A DNA stretch of 32,000 nt from Promethearchaeota archaeon (lineage in GTDB: Archaea > Asgardarchaeota > Lokiarchaeia > Sigyniarchaeales > SOKP01): NCBI GenBank assembly GCA_030606485.1, contig JAUWGH010000004.1, forward strand, positions 1-32,000, written 5' to 3'. Position numbers and translations under genes: made by a program. Position 1 is the first letter of the stretch. The number at the start of each line of letters is the position of its first letter. The notes under the pieces were generated by a model. That model saw nothing but the letters and a program-made list of their open reading frames with translations. It was not told where the DNA came from and made no database searches. This document shows, one piece after another, positions 27,175 to 32,000 of the stretch.

Positions 27175-28125
27175 ATGAGCGATAAGATTGATTCTGGTGA
27201 AATCTTGAAAAGTCTTGGGAAATATGATCTCGATATTAGTAATTTTCTGCCAGAACACAAAGGACCTAAATTGGTCCTAAATTTTAATAAAATTTCTACC
27301 ATTAGTCAAGTTGAGGGTGTAATTCTCAAAGGTCATGAAATAGAGAATGGAGTCATAGCAGATATAATAATAAAAGAAGGAACTGTACTGGAAGATCCCA
27401 TTCATTTATGTTTCGGGGTCAATAAGGAAACTGGGCTCCAAGAAATTTTTCCAAGAATTATTGCAGAAGATAACTCAAGTGTTACTCTACAAGCCCATTG
27501 CAGTTTTCCAAATGCAAAAAATCTAATACACAAAATGTTTGGACATATTTATATTGGGAAAAATTGCAAATTCGTTTATAATGAAACACACTTTCATGGA
27601 TATACAGGCGGGGCTACCGTAGCGCCAGTATCTTATGTTTATGTAGGGGAAAATAGTTATTTCGAGAATAATTTCTTTTTAACACAGGGAACAATTGGTC
27701 GTATGAAGATTCAAATAGACATTTATGCTTTTAAGGATAGTATAATCAATTCAAATGTGAAAGCTTTTGGTAAAAACTCTTTAGATTCAATTCGTGTAAG
27801 AGATGCAGTCTTTTTGGAGGGAGAAAATGCCAGAAGCATAATTAAAATGAAAGCAGCAGCCATTGGTGGTGGCGAGGTCATGATGTTTGGTATTACAGAG
27901 GGCAATGCAGCGAATACAACAGGTCATGTGGATTGCACTGAAATCGTAAAAGACCGAGGATCTAGATGTCGAGCAATCCCCCTTATTAGGGCTACTGATG
28001 AGAGTTGTCACATAACTCATGAAGCAAGTTTAGGTAAGGTAGATTCGGCACAGTTAAATGCATTAATGGCTCGTGGTTTAGATGAAGATGAAGCAACAGA
28101 TTTAATTATAAAAAATATGCTTTAA
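27175..28125 (+). CDS. sufB: SufB/SufD-family scaffold of a minimal Suf-like system (SmsB-like)
   Basis: HLCFG, beta-helix region, GHVDCTEIV, THEASLGKVD..QL..LMARGLDEDEA. Confidence 0.88.
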   Translation: MSDKIDSGEILKSLGKYDLDISNFLPEHKGPKLVLNFNKISTISQVEGVILKGHEIENGVIADIIIKEGTVLEDPIHLCFGVNKETGLQEIFPRIIAEDNSSVTLQAHCSFPNAKNLIHKMFGHIYIGKNCKFVYNETHFHGYTGGATVAPVSYVYVGENSYFENNFFLTQGTIGRMKIQIDIYAFKDSIINSNVKAFGKNSLDSIRVRDAVFLEGENARSIIKMKAAAIGGGEVMMFGITEGNAANTTGHVDCTEIVKDRGSRCRAIPLIRATDESCHITHEASLGKVDSAQLNALMARGLDEDEATDLIIKNML

Positions 28126-28140
28126 TGGGGTGTCAAAATA

Positions 28141-28788
28141 GTGAAAGAAAATACAAAATATAATATGCATAGATTTATAGGGAAGCAAATTATAGATGAG
28201 ATTCAGCCTTGGTTTGAATTTTCTACAAGTTTACCATGGGACGAAAGAAGTCCTCCGTGGGTATTTGATAATAAGGTAAGAAGGCAAATATTAGTTACAT
28301 TATCTGAAAGTCCTTTAACTTTTGAAGAAATTATGGAACGAGTATTATTTAAACCAGCGCCATTGATAATAACAAAAGAAGAATATGAACCAAAAATAAT
28401 ATATCAATGGGATAAAAGAACGATTGAAAATCATTTATTTAATTTAGAATGGTATGGACTTGTCAGAAAGAACGTTGATAAATATGAAATTAACTTTCCA
28501 ATTCTTAATAAAGAGCAACTAGACGATGTTGAGAATTACGTTATTAAATTTGCAGAAAATTGGGTAAAAGTAATTGAGGAATCCAAGGAAGAAATTTTAA
28601 ATAAATACCAAGGATTGCATAAGAACACTCCAATAATGGATATAATTATTGAAAAAATTATTGAGAAATTATGGGAAACTCTTAAAAAGAAGGGATTAGT
28701 TCCCAATAAACCGAATCTCAAGCATCTATGGGGAGAACAGTTGAGAAAAACTAAATTCAATGAATGGGTCTCAAAAAATTTTAAATAA
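28141..28788 (+). CDS. hypothetical protein with an ArsR-like winged-helix region
   Basis: NKVRRQILVTLSESPLTFEEI and ENHLFNLEWYGLV resemble wHTH helices. Co-oriented 15 nt after the sufB-like gene. Confidence 0.65.
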   Translation: MKENTKYNMHRFIGKQIIDEIQPWFEFSTSLPWDERSPPWVFDNKVRRQILVTLSESPLTFEEIMERVLFKPAPLIITKEEYEPKIIYQWDKRTIENHLFNLEWYGLVRKNVDKYEINFPILNKEQLDDVENYVIKFAENWVKVIEESKEEILNKYQGLHKNTPIMDIIIEKIIEKLWETLKKKGLVPNKPNLKHLWGEQLRKTKFNEWVSKNFK

Positions 28789-28845
28789 TTATAAATTTCT
28801 TATTTTATGCATTCATTTTTTATTATTAAGTAAGGTGAAATTAAA

Positions 28846-29229
28846 ATGAAAATATTACACCATGGTTTAACATTTCGTTCTAAAGAAGAAAGCGATAAAT
28901 TTTTCATAGATTTTTTAGGTTTAGAAATAAAACGTTCTTTTACGGGCGAAAAATGGCTAATGAAGGAGTGTTTTGGGTTAGATCAAGACATTGAAATAAT
29001 TCACTATGGAAATGAAGAAGCCCTATTAGAAGTATTTATAAATGATAATGTTTCAGAAAAAAAAGATAAAATTGTTCATATTTGCATAGAAGTCGATGAT
29101 CGGGATTCCTTAGTAGATAAAGCAGCTGCTATGGGAATCGAATCAATAGTTATTCCAAGAAAAGATAGTGAGAAAGGTTATTACTTATTCATTCAAGATT
29201 CTTCAAATAATTTATATGAGATCAAATAA
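28846..29229 (+). CDS. VOC (glyoxalase/bleomycin-resistance) family protein
   Basis: HHGL...FF..FLGL, LEVF, HICIEV, FIQD..NN.YEI metal-ligand pattern. Confidence 0.85.
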   Translation: MKILHHGLTFRSKEESDKFFIDFLGLEIKRSFTGEKWLMKECFGLDQDIEIIHYGNEEALLEVFINDNVSEKKDKIVHICIEVDDRDSLVDKAAAMGIESIVIPRKDSEKGYYLFIQDSSNNLYEIK

Positions 29230-29263
29230 GTTTTAAATTGTTATTTGATTTTGAGAAATTATA

Positions 29264-29857
29264 ATGCAGTTGTATTTTATATCAGACAGAGGATTTTTAA
29301 TAAAAATCAATAAATACGACTTTCTAAATGAGGATGTTTATGTAACTGATGATGGCAGCACAGTTTATATCTGGTATGGCCTAAGTGCTTCGAAGGAGAA
29401 GAAAGAAGCGGCTTTGCGGACCGCACGGCATATAGTTAGAGAAAAAGTAGGTTCTGCAAAAATTCTCTTAATGAATCAAAATGATGAATATGGTGCTTTT
29501 TTAGCCATGATAGATGATTTAAGAGGTGGTATATTAGAAGATGGATCTTTTAAACCAAGACCAGAATTAGATTTGGAGGAGATCATAGAAGGGCCAGAGA
29601 AAGATATAGGTCTGGAATCTATGTTTAGAGTTGCAGCATATTATATTTCTTTAGAAAATTATACTTATGACGATTTATGTTGGCTTTTGGCCGAAAAACA
29701 CCTAATCATAATGAAGGGTAATGCAAACATAACGGAAGATGATATCAAGCAGAAAGCAGAGGAGGTATATAAATCGTCCACAACATACGATGAGTTATGT
29801 TGGTTGATGGGGGAACTTGATATATTGATTGATCAGGGCTACATTGAATTAGATTAA
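29264..29857 (+). CDS. gelsolin-domain protein with a C-terminal tandem LCW repeat (Asgard 1DGelX-like)
   Basis: DVYVTDDGSTVYIWYGLSAS.EKK.AA...A..I is a gelsolin repeat core. C-terminal repeats YTYDDLCWLLAE and TTYDELCWLMGE. Confidence 0.75.
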   Translation: MQLYFISDRGFLIKINKYDFLNEDVYVTDDGSTVYIWYGLSASKEKKEAALRTARHIVREKVGSAKILLMNQNDEYGAFLAMIDDLRGGILEDGSFKPRPELDLEEIIEGPEKDIGLESMFRVAAYYISLENYTYDDLCWLLAEKHLIIMKGNANITEDDIKQKAEEVYKSSTTYDELCWLMGELDILIDQGYIELD

Positions 29858-29977
29858 AGAATTGAACAATCTTTTTTTTCTACTTTTATAATTGATTTAT
29901 TTTTAAAGCTAGTTTAAAAAAGGAAAAATTTAACTCAAGTATATTAAAAATCTTTTATTACTTTGTTTGGCTTTATT

Positions 29978-30370
29978 TTATTCTTTGGCTATATTTAGTT
30001 CCTTCTTTTGTTTGGCTCTATAATTTTCTATTGCCTTACGTAATCCATCAGAGGCTAAGTTAGAGCAGTGCATTTTAATGGGGGGAAGACCATCTAATGA
30101 ACCTGCAATATCATCTCTTGTTATTTTCATAGCCTCATCTAATGTCTTTCCTTTAGCTAACTCCGTTATCATTGAAGAAGTAGCAATGGCTGCACCACAC
30201 CCAAAAGTCTGGAAGGAAATGTCATCAATCCGATCATCCTTTATTTTAATATAAATATACATTAAATCTCCACAAACTGGGTTTCCGACCTCTCCCACAG
30301 CATCTGCATCCTTCATTTCTCCCATATTTCGGGGGTTTCTGAAATGATCCATTACTTTTTCTGAATACAT
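29978..30370 (-). CDS. iscU: IscU/NifU-N type Fe-S scaffold (MisU-like)
   Basis: VMDHF.NPRNMG, GNPVCGD, FGCGAAIA, KMHCSNL: three Cys ligands plus Asp and His. Confidence 0.96.
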   Translation of the reverse strand: MYSEKVMDHFRNPRNMGEMKDADAVGEVGNPVCGDLMYIYIKIKDDRIDDISFQTFGCGAAIATSSMITELAKGKTLDEAMKITRDDIAGSLDGLPPIKMHCSNLASDGLRKAIENYRAKQKKELNIAKE

Positions 30371-30415
30371 TTTATTTATGCCTTATTTTTAATTTTTGAT
30401 TAATATTTTTATATT

Positions 30416-31654
30416 TTAATGGTGGTGGTCAGTTTCGTATGTTGGATCAAACATATATTTTTTCCCCTTTTTTAAGGGGGACATCTTTCTCAATTTTTCG
30501 ATAATAGGAGGGAGTTTTTCTAAAAAATAGTCAATATCTGCTTCAGTCGTATATCTTCCCATAGTAATTCTTAATGAACCATGTGCATCTTCAGGTTTTT
30601 GACCGATGGCTAATAATACATGAGAAGGTTCTAAAGATTTTGAAGAACACGCCGAACCTGTTGAGGCGGCTATACCTTCCACATCCAAACTTAAAATTAT
30701 AGATTCTCCTTCAATATATCTAAACCCTAAATTAACATTGTTTGGTAGACGCTTAGTATAGTGCCCATTAAGATAAACATCTTCAATATTTTCGGTAATT
30801 TCCTTTATAATTTTATCTCTAAATTTTATTAATTTTTCAGATTCTTCCTTCATATTCCGTTTGCATAATTCTACTGCTTTTGCAAACCCAGCAATACCTG
30901 GAACATTTTCTGTGCTTGACCTCAACCCCCTTTCATGCCCTCCGCCATGTAATAGCGGCTCTATATACTTACCCCACCCTTTTCTTACACCATGTCCCCT
31001 GATATATAATAATCCAACTCCTTTTGGTCCATATAGCTTGTGCCCCGAAGCTGAAAGCAGATCTATATTCATCTCTTCAACATCGATAGGAACTTTTCCA
31101 AAAGTTTGAACAGCGTCAGTATGAAATATAACATCGTGTTTTTTTGCGATTTCTCCAATTTCTTTTATTGGTTCGATTGTTCCTATTTCATTATTTGCAA
31201 ATATTATAGATATCAAAATTGTTTTATTGGTGATGGTCTCTTCCAATTCTTTTAAAACAATCAATCCGAATTCATCTACAGGTAAATAACTCACTTTGAA
31301 CCCTTGTTTTTCCAGATATTGACAAGTGTGTTGGACAGCATGATGTTCAATGCTTGAAGTAATTATATGATTACCACGTCCTTTATTTTTAAAAGCTACC
31401 CCTTTTATTGCTAAATTATCAGATTCGGTGCCAGATGATGTGAAAAAGATTTCATCCTTTTTAGCGTTAATCAATGAAGCCACAGTTTCTCTAGATTTTT
31501 CTAATATTTGAGCTGCATTTTGACCTATTTTATGAAAACTTGATGGATTTCCATAAGTTTCTCTATGATGTTTCTCAATTTCTTTTATAACCTCTGGATC
31601 CATGGGAGTTGTAGCAGCGTAGTCTAAATATACATTTTTCATTTCTACTTTCAC
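30416..31654 (-). CDS. iscS: class I cysteine desulfurase (MisS/IscS-like). Alternative start ATG at 31642
   Basis: YLDYAATT, GNPSS, HTDAVQ, SGHKLYGPKG (PLP Lys), STGSACSS (catalytic Cys). Confidence 0.96.
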   Translation of the reverse strand: MKVEMKNVYLDYAATTPMDPEVIKEIEKHHRETYGNPSSFHKIGQNAAQILEKSRETVASLINAKKDEIFFTSSGTESDNLAIKGVAFKNKGRGNHIITSSIEHHAVQHTCQYLEKQGFKVSYLPVDEFGLIVLKELEETITNKTILISIIFANNEIGTIEPIKEIGEIAKKHDVIFHTDAVQTFGKVPIDVEEMNIDLLSASGHKLYGPKGVGLLYIRGHGVRKGWGKYIEPLLHGGGHERGLRSSTENVPGIAGFAKAVELCKRNMKEESEKLIKFRDKIIKEITENIEDVYLNGHYTKRLPNNVNLGFRYIEGESIILSLDVEGIAASTGSACSSKSLEPSHVLLAIGQKPEDAHGSLRITMGRYTTEADIDYFLEKLPPIIEKLRKMSPLKKGKKYMFDPTYETDHHH

Positions 31655-31791
31655 TTATGATTTAATTCCTTCTCAACAATTTAATTATTTTTCTTATATT
31701 TTAAAAAATGCCTTACTATTTGTTAGAACACGAAAAAGCAAATTACGCATTTCTTTTTAGAATTTATTAATTATCTTAAGATATATATCAA

Positions 31792-32000
31792 TTATGTCGT
31801 CTTAAAAGAATTTTCAACTTTTTTCAATAAATTTTCTATAGTTCTTCTCTCTTTTATACTAAAATTAGATTCAAAATCACTTCTTATAGAAGTGCCATAA
31901 TAGGTATTACCAAAAAAAGTATTGCATTTCTTTATTGATTCTAATAATAACTTTTCATCTCCTACATGTAAATAGATTGAAATATCATTTATTATTAAAA
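31792..32000 (-). CDS. 3' end of a hypothetical protein entering from outside the window
   Basis: Open frame LIINDISIYLHVGDEKLLLES...NTYYGTS...KVENSFKTT* from 31998 to the stop at 31792-31794. Not in the track. Confidence 0.6.
   Translation of the reverse strand, partial: LIINDISIYLHVGDEKLLLESIKKCNTFFGNTYYGTSIRSDFESNFSIKERRTIENLLKKVENSFKTT

Noticed and set aside
13440-31109. Track ORFs 13440..13622, 18217..18486, 18302..18511, 19913..20146, 22858..23178, 24853..25104, 26685..26957, 27723..27905, 27787..28020, 28536..28760, 30861..31109
   Set aside because: Antisense shadows fully overlapping recognisable genes.
1-32000. CRISPR array, tRNA or rRNA genes
   Set aside because: No regularly spaced repeats, no cloverleaf with a T-loop GTTCRA context and no GC-rich rRNA-like tract were seen by eye.

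Overview
Low-GC window that reads as an Asgard archaeon, most likely Lokiarchaeia/Promethearchaeota. The support is a gelsolin-domain protein, a Rab-like GTPase remnant, a longin-like protein, a PAC2 chaperone and a multi-PAS histidine kinase. Bases 1-10200 are an accessory, partly decaying region. It holds a free-standing GIY-YIG endonuclease with a ~260-nt highly structured upstream leader, a stand-alone paralog of that nuclease's C-terminal HTH-like domain, several gene stumps, and three tandem Zn-independent MDR reductases bracketed by a duplicated promoter-like segment. Bases 10200-32000 are mostly housekeeping: ilvE, two histidine kinases and a receiver protein, a Cys-rich microprotein, an MtaA/UroD-family enzyme, tyrA-aroE-aroK-aroD, adk, a SagB-type nitroreductase, PAC2, an SDR, a two-gene SufC/SufB-type (SMS) and an IscS/IscU-type (MIS) Fe-S system, a VOC protein and a gelsolin-X protein. 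The best candidate for an undescribed system is the structured RNA + GIY-YIG nuclease + orphan HTH module at 1647-4167. All pairings and alignments were made by eye; no folding or database search was run. No rRNA, tRNA, CRISPR array or transposase was seen.
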